NCBI RefSeq assembly: GCF_001194135.2
Contig: NC_068994.1
Coordinates: 50,519,697-50,583,696, forward strand
DNA: 64,000 nt
Direction: 5' to 3'
From: Octopus bimaculoides
Lineage: Eukaryota
Shown: positions 51,500-64,000 of the stretch, one piece after another
How positions within the stretch are numbered: the stretch's first letter is position 1
Layout: every line of letters begins with the position of its first letter
Position numbers and translations under genes: made by a program
The notes under the pieces: model-generated
Databases searched by the model: none
What the model was told of the DNA's origin: nothing
What the model saw: only the letters and a program-made list of their open reading frames with translations

Positions 51500-52560
51500 C
51501 ATTCAAGTCATGTACAGAGATGCTGTCAAGATGAGGGTTAGCAATGAGTTCAGTGAGAATTTTAGTGTGCAGGTAGATCTCAATCAAGGATCAGTTCTTG
51601 ACCCCAGTCCTGTTTGTTATAAATCTCCAGACCCTAACAGAGAAGTTTAAGATTGGCTATCCACGGAAAATCGACATTGAAGTCATTTATAGTTATGGTT
51701 GTTTCTATTTAAGTAGATCTCAAAGTAAACTCGACAAAGACTAAAGTCTTAGTAAAGGAGGACCTAGAAGACAGTATCTACTGCCATCTGGGAAGTGTCC
51801 ATGTGCAATATGCAGGAAGAGTTGACAGAAATTCTATGAGGTGTACCCAACTATTGGTGCACGAGATATATAGTGGGATCAGAAGCACAATAACGGGAAA
51901 TAAAGACTATGTCTGTGGCAGATAGCCAAGAACAGTTAGCAATCATCCGCATAATAAATTATCTTAATGCTCAGACAGCTCCTTAGAAGTAGTTGATAGC
52001 TTTTTTGTTTCCTAGGTGACCTTAATTAGTACTTGAAGAGGTACTCTAAAAGCATACTAGGTGTAAAATGTTCAAGGAGCTGTTACTTCTGCTGAAAACA
52101 AAAAGATTTTTTTTTTCCTTCAAGTGAAGAGTAGCTAGCATGATGTACATAGTTGCCTAACATGGAGACTAAATTCAAAGTGATGTGTATTTAGATGTGC
52201 TGGAAAGGATGAAACAAGTATGCTTCATTGGATGTGCAATGAAGTATGCCTGAACAACAAAGCACAAATGAGCTGACAGAGAAACTGGATACTTCATGCA
52301 TTAGATGCAGTGTGCAAAAAGAGAAAACTGCACTGGTGCAGACATATAATATGTATGGATGATGATAGTTGATTAAGTGCTAAAAGATTCGAGAGGAAGA
52401 AAACAACCAGGGGCAGAAAATGCTGACAATAAATCTTGGGAGATAAAACCACACAAAGGACATGACAAAAAATACTACAAACTGCAACATGCTGAAGAGG
52501 AGAAGACCTTCCCAACACATGCATGCATGGAAAACAGAGATAGAAATGGTAAATGTTAGC
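51500..52560 (+). pseudogene. Degraded 5'-truncated RTE-clade LINE (RT to 3' end)
   Basis: Fragments VQVDLNQGSVLDP (RT motif HQGSxLSP), PCAICRK (zinc-knuckle-like) and FCFLGDL, plus decayed RLxWxGH and GRPxKTW regions. 3' end CCAACACATGCATGCATGGAAAAC. Many stops and frameshifts. Confidence 0.78.
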
Positions 52561-54076
52561 ATATTTAACTGTGTTAAGTAGAAATAAATAATGAAAAAAG
52601 AAAAAAGAGAGAGTTAATGATTGTTTTTGTTTTCTTATAGGAGACAATTGCAGACAGGTTTTCGTCTTATTCTGACCTCATCAAACTTGACAAAGTATAA
52701 TGGTTTACTGTACATGTGGGAGTAATGATCAAAGAAATCATTACATTAAAATGTACAAAAACTGTATTTTATCATAAACAGCTATTAATTAATCTCATCT
52801 GCTTAACAATAAAGCAACTCTGGAGATTAAAAAATATATTTATGAGCTTAATTAATTAACGATTTCAAACCAAGAATAGAATTTAAAACAGAGGCCACTG
52901 AAATAGATCCTAATTAAGAAATGAAACAAGTAAAACTAAACAAAAGACAGCCAGTCATTTCAGAACAATTACTGGCACCCAATGACAAAATCACAATTTT
53001 TATTTATATATTTTGCTTTATTTCAGGTTCAGAAACAAACAAGCAAACAAAAGAAATACCCCCATTACTTTAGTCTAAAATCCAGTGCACCTGTGTAGGT
53101 CAATCATACTTGCCAATGAAATTAAGTCAGCAGGTGTGGTGATGTGTGTGTGTGTGTGTGTGAATGCATATACACACACACAAACTAAAAAGTACAAACC
53201 AAGAAAGCTGTTGAACCACATCTGTTTAATCTGATAAAAATTATTATAACCATTCCTTACAAGGAAGCATGTGTATATGTCTGTCAGTCAATCCTGCCAA
53301 GTACCATGCAATTCTTCCCAGCCAACTACTTCACCAATAAAATTTTTCATTCTATTTACTTTTCTTAAAAGCTTTTGAACTCTTTCTGACAATGTTTCTA
53401 ACCAAGACCCTGCCTGCTTGAATGATACAATTAATTTTCAATTAATGAAAACTTCCAAAGGGATTTACTGTTAATATCAGTAATACCATACGCAATTGAA
53501 TTATATCATTTTTTTTTTCTTTTTATTAGTTTCAACCAACATGTAGGATGCAAACCCACGTCTTCTGTTCAGCCATTTTTATGTCATGGAGGAAGGAGGA
53601 GAAGAGTTACATACAACCTCAACTATCACAATGACAATATTTGACCCTTAGCAAAAGTTTATGTCAATCATAAGACTTGAGTGTGGAGTTTTATCATCAT
53701 CTACATGCATTGATGATCTCACTGCACATTCGGTCAGCAACACCTGAATTTTTATCTCCTCTCACATTACTTTTTCTCTACTTTTCCTTTTATTATTCCT
53801 GAGGGAAGTAGACAAAAACCTAACAGAGAGTAGATGCTACACACAATATGCCCAATGGCATACACGCATGAAAATATATGTACCCATACACATCTGAATA
53901 TTCATACGTATGTACATGTACTTAATTCAGAATTTACTGATGGTGGCTAAAATGTGTGTCAAAAACCTCAAGTTGGCATTTCTAGGCAATCATATCTTCT
54001 AGCATTACAGACATTTGAAATATATAATTGCTTAAGAGAACACTTGCTAAAGTATGTTCTACAACCAACAAGTGTA

Positions 54077-54400
54077 GGCATGACTATCTAGTAAAGAAGC
54101 ATGCTATGCAGGTTCAGTTCCACTGTGCGACTCCTTGGGCAAGTGTCTTCTGCTATAGCCTGTAGCCAACTAATGCCTTGTGAAGAAATTTGGTAGATGG
54201 AAGTTGTGTGGAAGCCAGCCATGCATGCACACACGTGTGTGTGTGTGTGTGTGTATGTGTGTTCTCCCACACCACCTGGCAACTGGTGTTGGTTTGTTTA
54301 TGCACCTATAACTTAGCAGAGACCAAAAAGAGTAAAAGAAAATAAGTACTAGGTTCCATGTGGTGCCCCAGCATGACTTTGGTCCAATGTCTGAAACAAG
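54077..54400 (+). mobile_element. SINE family A, diverged
   Basis: GGTTCAGTTCCACTG...CTTGGGCAAGTGTCTTCTGCTATAGCC...GGTGCCCCAGCATG...TGAAACAAGTAA. Confidence 0.8.
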
Positions 54401-54419
54401 TAAATGAATTAATACAGCA

Positions 54420-54580
54420 AACTAAAAGATTATAAATCCACCCCCAGCCATTCCCTCTTGACTATTCAGGCTCACTTAACATCCCCGTAACAGAACCCTT
54501 CCTGCATCATGGAAACAGCTTCATTCCCATTCGCCCCAGATTAAAATTCTCAACTCCCTACCTGAAGCCTATAATAATAA
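54420..54580 (+). pseudogene. Possible CR1/L2 LINE ORF2 C-terminus remnant
   Basis: NSFIP followed, after a frameshift, by FNSLPEA resembles the terminal 'NSFxPRTxxLWNSLP' motif; an (AAT)n tail follows. Confidence 0.4.
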
Positions 54581-54935
54581 TAATGACAACCTTCACATCC
54601 GCTTGCCTCAGCTTCTTTGATAACTAAAGCTCAGCATTGAGAAGTGTGGCTTTTCAACCATAATGAAAGTGAATCCAACTGAAAGCTGGGAAATATATAA
54701 AAAGGGGTTCTGTCACAACAGCATGAGATGAAGGCATGCACTCGATGGGGTGCAGCAAAGGCAACCAGTCTCAGAGAGCAGTAATTTCAAATAAAAACTA
54801 ATGCAGTGTACAGAGAGCACTTTAGTCCAAATGGAGAACCCTTTAATACCAGTGGGTCAATAAAATCCACCCAATTTATTCTCTAAATTGGTTAGCAATA
54901 AGAATGGTATCCAATCATAACCAATATTTAAAAAA

Positions 54936-54979
<44 letters not shown>

Positions 54980-55356
54980 CAGTTTTCTTCATACTATTAG
55001 ATGATGAAGAACTATCGCAAAAATAAAGCATAAAATAATGACAACATACACACCTATTTTATCTTCTAGAGCTACTCCAATGATAATGTTGATTCCATTG
55101 AAAGATTTGGATTTCTTTTTTTGAACTTCACTTAGACATTCATATCCATTGAGATGGTTTCCATCAATTCATGTGTTTGTAGACCTAGACATATTACACA
55201 CACACACACACACACTGCAATGGGAATGCTATTTATTTTTAGCTAGAGAGAAAGTATACTTGCCTATGAGAAAATTGCAGCAATAAATAAAAATTCAACC
55301 TCTTAAGTCTACATTAACACTGAGTAGTCTACAACGTAAATGACCTCATGTATGTA

Positions 55357-55393
<37 letters not shown>

Positions 55394-55515
55394 TTTGATG
55401 GTTTTTTTTACCACTTAAGAATTAACTCCAGTTCCTTGATATTACTGTCTTGTGTTACTGCCCCAGCCATTTAAAACATTCATATTTCAATTAAAATTGC
55501 AATCAAAATTACATT

Positions 55516-55555
55516 ATTATTATTATTATTATTGTTATTGTTATTGTTATTGTTA

Positions 55556-55590
<35 letters not shown>
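55516..55590. repeat. (ATT)/(GTT) compound microsatellite
   Basis: Read directly. Confidence 0.95.
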
Positions 55591-55591
<1 letters not shown>

Positions 55592-55775
55592 GGGTGGCAA
55601 GCTGGCAGAATCATTAGCATTCCGGGCAAAAATGCTTAGCAACATTGTGTCTGAGTTCAAATTCTGCTGAGGTTGATTTTGCCTTATATCCTTTCGGGGT
55701 CAATAAATTAAGTACCAGTGAAACAACTAGTCCCCTACCACCAAATTTCAGACCTAGTGCCTTTAGGAGAAAGGA
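55591..55775 (+). mobile_element. SINE family B
   Basis: GGTGGCAAGCTGGCAGAATCATTAGC...GAGTTCAAATTC...CCTTTCGGGGTCAATAAATTAAGTACCAG. Confidence 0.8.
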
Positions 55776-57053
55776 TCATCATCATCATCATGTGTCACTG
55801 CTCCAACCATTTAACACATTCATGTTTAAATTAAAATCGCAATCAAAACTACATTGTTATTATTACTACACGTGTTATATTCAAAACTCAAATGAATAAA
55901 TAAAAAAAAACATTCAGTCATTTTACTGAAGTCATCCATTTTTTTTTTTTTTTTTTCACTAATATTTTGAAATGAAACATTAACAAATAGGCAGTTTATT
56001 CTTTGTTGGAAATAGGGTCACAAAGGAATTTAATTAAAGTCTAATGATTCAATAGCGGTGGCCCAAGAAGGAATAGCTCTCAGAAATACATGGAAGCTAA
56101 CCAATCATGCTAGCTTACTTCACAGAGACTTTGCCCAAATGCTACTGCTACTACTACTACTTTTACAAGCTCAGAATCACTAAAATATCAAATTCAAATT
56201 TTGGATCTGGGAAGACAGATAAGATCTGGCTGTGATACAAAAGTTTCAAGTTGCTTTTGTCTCTATAATTTATAATCCTTCAAATTCCACTTTCAAATTT
56301 TGCAGAGATCACCTTTCCCCACCATCGTTTCAAAGTCAATGAAAAATGATGAGGAAAGGAGCAGTTGGGCTGTCCAAGTGAGGAAACAATAAGGGACACT
56401 ACTGCCAAGGGATAGATACTTGTAACACAGCTTACAGAAAATACAGATAGATGAAATTGCCAACAGATACTCATACAAGATTAGGCAAAGCACAGTGCAT
56501 ACAGAGACTGTTGGGTGGCTCTGGTTAATCCCTATTTGAATACAGTTAAGTTGTTGACCTGAATTGTTGTGTTATGTCACAATGATATTTAAGATAAAGA
56601 ATGTGTAATCTTGATTTTTTTTTTCCTACTGATAAGCAGGTAGTTATTATTCAAAGTAACTTCTACTGATACAGAATGCTTGTTGGGCTGATTGGTTTAC
56701 AAAAATTGGCCGGTTTTTTGCCCCCCCCCCCCNNNNNNNNNNNNNNNNNNNNNNNNNNNNNNNNNNNNNNNNNNNNNNNNNNNNNNNNNNNNNNNNNNNN
56801 NNNNNNNNNNNNNNNNNNNNNNNNNNNNNNNNNNNNNNNNNNNNNNNNNNNNNNNNNNNNNNNNNNNNNNNNNNNNNNNNNNNNNNNNNNNNNNNNNNNN
56901 NNNNNNNNNNNNNNNNNNNNNNNNNNNNNNNNNNNNNNNNNNNNNNNNNNNNNNNNNNNNNNNNNNNNNNNNNNNNNNNNNNNNNNNNNNNNNNNNNNNN
57001 NNNNNNNNNNNNNNNNNNNNNNNNNNNNNNNNNNNNNNNNNNNNNNNNNNNNN

Positions 57054-57108
<55 letters not shown>

Positions 57109-58791
57109 GAGAGAAAGAGAGATCTACACTTCTCCACCCCCACTCTCTTTAGAGGATAGAGTGACAGAGTTGAATCTTAACAAATGAAATTACAAATAAT
57201 TTTAATTAATTGAAATAACAGATGGGGGAGGGATGCTTCCACCCCTCTCATTTACTGGGGGTTTTTTGCTTGTTTCTTTTCACAATCAAACAAGATATCT
57301 GATATTAAATCATTATCATAGCCTCATTATTCATTATGAAGAATAACACAACTATTTACTTTATAATATTTTGTTTTAAAAGAAGACAAAACAAAAAAAA
57401 ACATTTTAATGACAGTTTAAAATCCATCATTGTATGATGAAGTCCTCCAAAAAGGGCCAAAAATTAAAATATAAGTTGTTTATTATTTTGCTTCCCTCTA
57501 AATTACTAAAAAAAAAGAAAATCAATAAAACTAAAAGGAGGAAACATTTGCAAGCACACAGCGTACCACCACCACCACCATTATAAAGACTCACTATGTG
57601 CGATGATGCTATTTCTTTACCAAACAACACATTCCTTCATGATTAGAAATGTAGGAAAAGTAATAAATGGGAGGAGGAGAAGGGGAGAATGAGAGAGAGA
57701 GAGAGGGTGTATGTGTCAGTGTGCACTTGCGCACATGTATGCGTGTGTGTAGCTGTTCGACTTGCATTACAACACTGATGTTGCACTAAGTAGACAAATA
57801 TTCCAAAAATTGCAACAAACAAACAAAAATCAATGAAAACAAATAAATAAATAAATGCCTCTAGCAATTGTGGGTGTGGCAGGGAGGGGAGAAGCACTGT
57901 GTGTGTGTGAGAGAGAGAGGGGGGGTGATTGGAGAGGTAAGAAAAGACTTGCTCAGCTCCGTAGTAATGATAACTAACTACTATAGCAGTAGTTGAAACC
58001 TTGCTTCTTCCTCTTCTACAACAACCCACACGCCATTCCACCTGCGGCCCGCCCCCACCCCACACTCACACCCACCATACATTAACCGATATTCCTGCAC
58101 CAACACTGTGTTACCAATAGTTTAGATACACAAGCTAGACAATTTATTGAACACATAACCAAAATAGAAAATTGTTTGATTTTTGGTCGTTTTGTGTTTT
58201 AAGAGTGGGGGGTCGCTTTGTTGCCTCCACCATCACCGCACACACCTCCATTTAAACAGCCACTCAAAATATCGATTATTTAATTATTTCTTTGAGAATA
58301 AAATCAAGGCTCCTTTACCTTCGTAATAAAAGGAAGCGGGCATAAATTGGATGACTAATCTCAATGTTGCTTGGTATATATTACTGGCATTCAGAAAAAC
58401 CTAGTTAGTGTAACAAACAGATAGGACCTAGAGATCTTTATCAATATAAAAAATAATAAAGCTTGACTTCAGATGATTTTGGTTCATAATAGTGAAAATG
58501 TAAGAGCAATGAAAGCCTTTGGCATAAGAGTGAAAAGAATACCATAATGATAGCAAGGATACAAAAGAAAGCAACTAGTCAGTGTTAGATTTTTTGATAT
58601 ATTGCAGTGGAACCATTTTGGTAGGTGGATAAGGTAGGAGTGGCTAGAAGAATTTGAGATGAAAATATTTCTATTATCAATATATTTAATCTTTCACAAA
58701 ATATTGCAGAGTTCAAAGACCTGACTTCCGGTGAAGTTTGTGTGTATATAGCTGCATTTATATTACTGCATACAAACATGTATGTATGTAT

Positions 58792-58985
58792 GGAGGTGCA
58801 TGGCTTAATTGTTAAGGTGTTGAACTCCTGTTCGTGTGTGGTTTCAATTCCTAGATCAGGCAATGCATTATAATCTTGAGCAAAACACTTCATTCTACAT
58901 TGCTCCTGCTCACTCAGCAGGTAAAAATGAGTAACCCTACAAGGGTCTGGCATCCCATCCAGAGAAACCAAGAGACCAACCATAT
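58792..58985 (+). mobile_element. SINE family D (tRNA head, Nin/Deu-like core), diverged
   Basis: GGTGCATGGCTTAATTGTTAAGG...TTCAATTCC...TTGAGCAAAACACTTCATT...CACTCAGC...CTGGCATCCCATCCAG. Confidence 0.6.
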
Positions 58986-61865
58986 GCTCCTCACAGAGTT
59001 ATGTGAAGTAACCCATACATGTATGGACGTGTACATGCATATGTGCATGAACTTAAATGCACAAACATTAAATTCTCACTAAATAATTGTTATAATATCA
59101 ATGAAAAATTACCAAAATGTACTTGTTAACCAGTCAACATTAAGATTACTTTGTCAAATATAATGCATATTTATTCAGGGTTTTGAATTAATTATGCATT
59201 CTCTCATAGCATCGAGATTTTGATGATGTGATCGTTTATTTTGAGAATGGCATTGTACAGTAGGTGTGAGAGGCCAGATCTGGCCAGTTTAAGCAAAAAT
59301 CAGGTAGAATACATTTGGGCCAAGCATGGCTGGTATAAGTAGGAAAGGGTTAAACTTTCACAAGATAAATTGTTGAGCCACTCTTAAGTTTACCAGTTGC
59401 ACCTTGCATGGAAAGATACAGTTACAGGTCAATAAAACAAAAGTCAGCATTTCATGTACTGTCACCAACCACCACTGCACTCTCAACAGGCAAACCTATC
59501 TAGTTGCAGGAGGATACCATGTGGTATGGGTTGCCCACCACATGCAGCTACCCAAGTAAAATTTTGTGTTGTTACTTTATGAAACCAAGCCCACTTTCAC
59601 CTGTTACAGACTACCATTCCAACAAGGAGGCAATGTGTCTTTCATTCAATTAAACCTACTGAAACTGGAATTGAAGACAGGCTCAGAGATCTGGCAATGA
59701 ATAAATTAACATTTATTAACACTTTTGTTTTTCCTATTGCTATTGAAATACACTGCATGCTTCAATTAATTTTGAAAATAAATGAAGAATTCCATAAAAT
59801 TACTTCATCATTACTAAGCTGTTTTTGGAACATAAATTAACACAAAATGCTAATGAAAAATAGGTTTTAATTCAGATCATTTTTATCCAGATTAGCAGTA
59901 GTCCCAGGCTGGTTAGTATCAGAAAGATTAAACCTTCTTCCCAGCAAACTATGTTCGAAAGATTTCTGCTTTCAAAATTTCTCTATTCTGTAAGCAGAAC
60001 TGATCATTACCAACTATTCTGCTCTGACAAGTGCCACAAAGTTAAGCTACCAATGACCAGATCAGTACAATCTGGTATTGATAGATTTCTGGCTGTCATG
60101 ATTCCATATGGCCTTAGGAGATGGTACACCACAAAAATCCTACTTTCCCTTAGAAAACAAAATCTCATCTTCCACTTTTAATTAACAAAAAATAATTGCA
60201 TCATTACACACTTTTGATACACCCCAGCCTGAGACTGCCTCTAGTTCTATAAAAAAATCTTCTTGAACCAAGTTCAAAACTTTCCAGCAATCATTTATGT
60301 TCTAAACATCAGCTTTTACCATTATTTTCAAAATCAACTGCAACAAATGCAGTGTATTTTGACAGAATTAGGTTATCAAAAGGGCTAATTAACTACTAGA
60401 TTTTTCTCTTAAGGCTTGAATTAACATTTCATGTAACAGCCTATACTAACAACAATAATATCACCAGAATAAGTGATCATTGAGCTGACTACCTGGGTAA
60501 CATAAGCACTGGCTGAATCCAGCTGACTTAGGACCATGCAACAACATTATCAAGGATTACCAAAGACAGACTGACGGACACAACAGGTGACATCTTACTG
60601 CTGCTATGATGAATAAATAATTATTAGGTGTTTCTACATACATTAGAAACCAAAATCAAAATACCTCCAGCCAGAGGTTAAAACCAAGTCACAAGGCACT
60701 GATCAGTGTGTGTGCACGCGTACAAGTTCTTTAAAATGTAGTTTCAGTCATTTGACTGTAGTCATGCTAGGATGCATATCAACCCGAGGAACTGCTTTGA
60801 TATGGTACATACTTTATTGATTACTATTTACTGAATTGCTAAGTCACTCATTTTGAAATAATACCTATAAAACAAATATAGTTACAGGCATAAACATGAT
60901 CTTAGAGACATACATATGCAACAGGCATCCATACAAATTCCACTTTCAAGGTATTGGTCAACCTAGGATTTCAGTAGATGACAATTGCCCATGGTGCCAT
61001 GCAGTGAAACTGAACCTGGAATTGTGAGGTTGCAAGCCTCTTACTCAGACAGTGATACTTGCACATTATATGTTGAATTATATACATACATGCACACAAA
61101 ACACATGTATTGCTTAAAGAAAATATTTATGACAATACCACATTAACACCAACAGCAGATTTCCTTGGAATTCACAGGAACCATTTAATAATTCAGGAAT
61201 GTTTGTTAATAAATACTTTTGTGGATGTTTTTTGTACAGATTCTTCCAACCTCATTAAAAGTACAAATTTCTCAAATGACCATGGCTACACACACACACA
61301 CCAGAAAGTGAAAAAGATCATTACATATGGCAGAATCAATAAAAGATGGTTTATACTAAAACACCACCACACAGCCCCAGTGCAGTGTAGATGTCTACAA
61401 TACTTAACTCATAACAGACCAATGCTTATACTCCAAGAGTTACTAAATGCTGAGTGCAGTTTTACTGCTTATAAGTTGTGAGAACACCCATGGAATATAT
61501 ATTTTCCTTGTTAGCTTTAAGTGCTGAGTATCCAATTCTCCCATGGGTGTAGGTTAGAGAGAGAGAGAAAGAGAACCATGATCCAACATGCTACAGATTG
61601 GTGTTGCTAGGAACCAATAGATTGGAATTTGCTTTGTAACTAAATGGAACCTTGAACTGTCTTAAATACAAAACTGAAATTATTATGGTTAACCCAGGAT
61701 TGAACAGTGAATATGCATAAATTTTTAAACAAAGTGCTCATATGACAGGGTGGAGGAGAGCATTCGAGAAATTCTATCTTAGTATTGTTTTTATTAACCA
61801 ATTTTGTTTTATTTTGTTTTGTTTAAAAATATAAACAAATAATATTATGAAAGGTTGGGTCTTTG

Positions 61866-61907
<42 letters not shown>

Positions 61908-63874
61908 GACCATGCTATAGAATAGAACATTTAATAATTTTATCTAAAAGTTACATCATGCCTCAGTTATGGTTAAAAAAAAGATTCTTTTCAGTTCAAA
62001 ATATGAAGACATTATAAGAGTGTGTGGTGGTGGTGGTGGTGGGTCCAATAACCACAGGGACTAATATCAAAGAAATATATGCAGAGAGACAGTAATGTTT
62101 TAGAGGTTTGTTTTACAACCACTTCACTCCAGGTTCAATCCCTTTGAACAGCACCTTAGGGAAGGGTCTTCTTCTGTAGCCTCAACTGACTAAAGTCGTG
62201 TGAGAGGATTACTATAGCCTTCTACAAACGTTCTGTCGATCATAAACATGCACTTCTTAAGTTTACATATTGCACTGGGCAGAGATAGTAATTACAAATC
62301 ATTATTGTATCTTTTTCACACACCAAATCATTTCATCCAGTCTATTACATATTCTATGAGTTATGAGTAGATTTCTTTAAGCTTACTTAAACACTCGTGA
62401 CTAAATCAACAAGCTAAAAGTACAGATGGTAAAATCAAGCAACTAGCAAGGCATTTGGCAATCAGTATCCTATGAATGGTAGCAAGTCTACAATCAAAGA
62501 ACTTAACTTTCAATGGCAGAATTCTTCTAATTCTCAATAAATACCATGAATAGCATATAACCTAAATGATGTGTTGACTTGTAGTACCAAGAGTACTCAA
62601 GTTCAAATCTTTGCAGAGGAAAATGCCACTGACAATATAGCCCGACATCCTACACAGATGATTTTTTTAAACATTTGCTTTATGATATAAGCAATGATTC
62701 CACCCATAGATTCTTGTGATTCAAGAAAAGGGTAAAAGAAGTCATTTAGGCACAGGCCTGGTTATCACAAGGTTAACAACTTGCATTATTTCTTGGTGCT
62801 ATATTGCATAAAGAGCTAGCCATCATTGATGCTACACTTAAAGTATATATAAAAAAAAGCCATATGGCAAATGAGCATGATTTGGTAACATGTACCATGC
62901 TCTTTACTAACTGTTTAAAGTACTTATTGTGGTCACCAGCAGATACAGGCACCCCTTGGACTAGCCTATTCTTTGACCCAGTGACATATATAGGGTGTGT
63001 CAGCTAGAGGGAGAGACAGCCGCAGTAAAACTTGGCTGGTACTCATTTTCAGCTAAAAAGACTAGAGCAACATAAAATGAAGTGCCTTGCTCAAGGATAT
63101 AATGTGCTGCCTGGCCCATGAATTGAACTCATATTAGCTGTAAGCCGAACACCACAACTATTATGCCAGATGCCCATATATATAATATATAAATGACAAC
63201 TTTTATTGGCTCCATCTATTTACATGTCAGCTCATTACTTTTCAGTAACATGGATATTGTATCACTGTAACGAAAGTCATTAATAACTAAAGAGTTCCAC
63301 TATCAAACCATCTTACAGGATGAGTAAAACTACAGAAAAAAACAGAAACAAATTCAAATGTATACATTTCTGAAAACTATCTTCAGCAGTATAATTAACC
63401 ACAAAAAAAAAAACAAAAAAAAACTGATTTGTCAAGTCAGTGATGTGTATGTTGTGCTAAATATAAGTAGTCCTACACATAATTACTAACTGAAAAGAAC
63501 ACATTAACATCATTAGATGTATTTAAGAAGTGCATTATTAAAGCAGCCCAACACAAGCAAGAAACAAAGTTTCAAATACTGGACAGCTAACCACTTGCTC
63601 ACAAATTCAAACTTCTCTTCTGCTAATGAATGACCTATGCCTTGAAGAAAGAAGCTTGAGTATATAAACTCCATCTACCGCTTGTCTCAAACTTATCTTA
63701 TGGTAGGGTTCCTTCCATTCCTACTTTACAGTTGAGTTGTTAGCTATAGAAATGGCATCCAGCTGTAAAAACAATTGCTTGAAGGAAGATGAAAAAAAAA
63801 TCTTGCGCTGACTGGGGAAAAAAAAAAAATCCTGCGCAATAAATATTCAGATAACACTTTCGACTAAATCTCAC

Positions 63875-63954
63875 CTCAGCCGTCCGCCAAGTTCTCACTC
63901 TCAGGCTGATGCGAGATGATAATCTAATGGGTAGTTATGCATCTAAGTATCTAA
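63875..63954 (-). other. Candidate non-coding (5'UTR) exon
   Basis: Acceptor ...GATCTTCAG| and strong donor GAG|GTGAGA; locally CpG-rich. All frames from this acceptor contain stops. Confidence 0.3.
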
Positions 63955-64000
63955 CTGAAGATCTTGCCAGCAAAGAGTGGAATAATAAGTAAGGAATTTT

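Noticed and set aside
98-57152. Long ORFs in the track that contain X runs (e.g. 10976-11754, 21086-22135, 47033-47707, 56676-57152)
   Set aside because: They exist only because N-gaps contain no stops. Gaps: 284-449, 10544-10553, 11086-11647, 16562-16688, 21111-21891, 24307-24406, 31456-31555, 35842-36001, 47097-47586, 56733-57053.
59518-59547. CATGTGGT...ACCACATG hairpin as a miRNA or Helitron end
   Set aside because: The 8+3-bp stem is too short for a pre-miRNA, and there is no CTRR end at the expected spacing.
1-64000. CRISPR arrays, rRNA, prokaryotic operons or defence systems
   Set aside because: No regularly spaced repeat-spacer units or dense ORFs; all recurring motifs are dispersed eukaryotic transposons or microsatellites.

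Overview
AT-rich, repeat-dense eukaryotic genomic DNA with 10 N-gaps. The SINE/MITE families and heavy microsatellite load look like Octopus (inference from recalled repeats, not a database result). It is not prokaryotic: no operons, rRNA or CRISPR. Most ORFs in the track are N-gap, microsatellite or chance artefacts. Best-supported content: (i) an internally reduced Ty3/Gypsy LTR element on the minus strand (~10.0-12.2 kb), with two LTR-like copies, a PPT and an integrase tail; (ii) decayed RTE LINE fragments (~5.0-5.6 and 51.5-52.6 kb); (iii) several tRNA-derived SINE families and piggyBac-, hAT- and Tc2-like MITEs, some nested with readable TSDs; (iv) a probable minus-strand start-codon exon (MDPGNKRARFDKP, 6694-6992) of a gene I cannot identify, plus weaker candidate exons. 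The most unusual item is a 263-bp insertion (47962-48224) with a 12-bp TSD. It joins a tRNA-like Pol III head to a hammerhead-ribozyme-type motif of the kind found in Penelope-like elements. Ends of degraded repeats are approximate, and gene calls are tentative.
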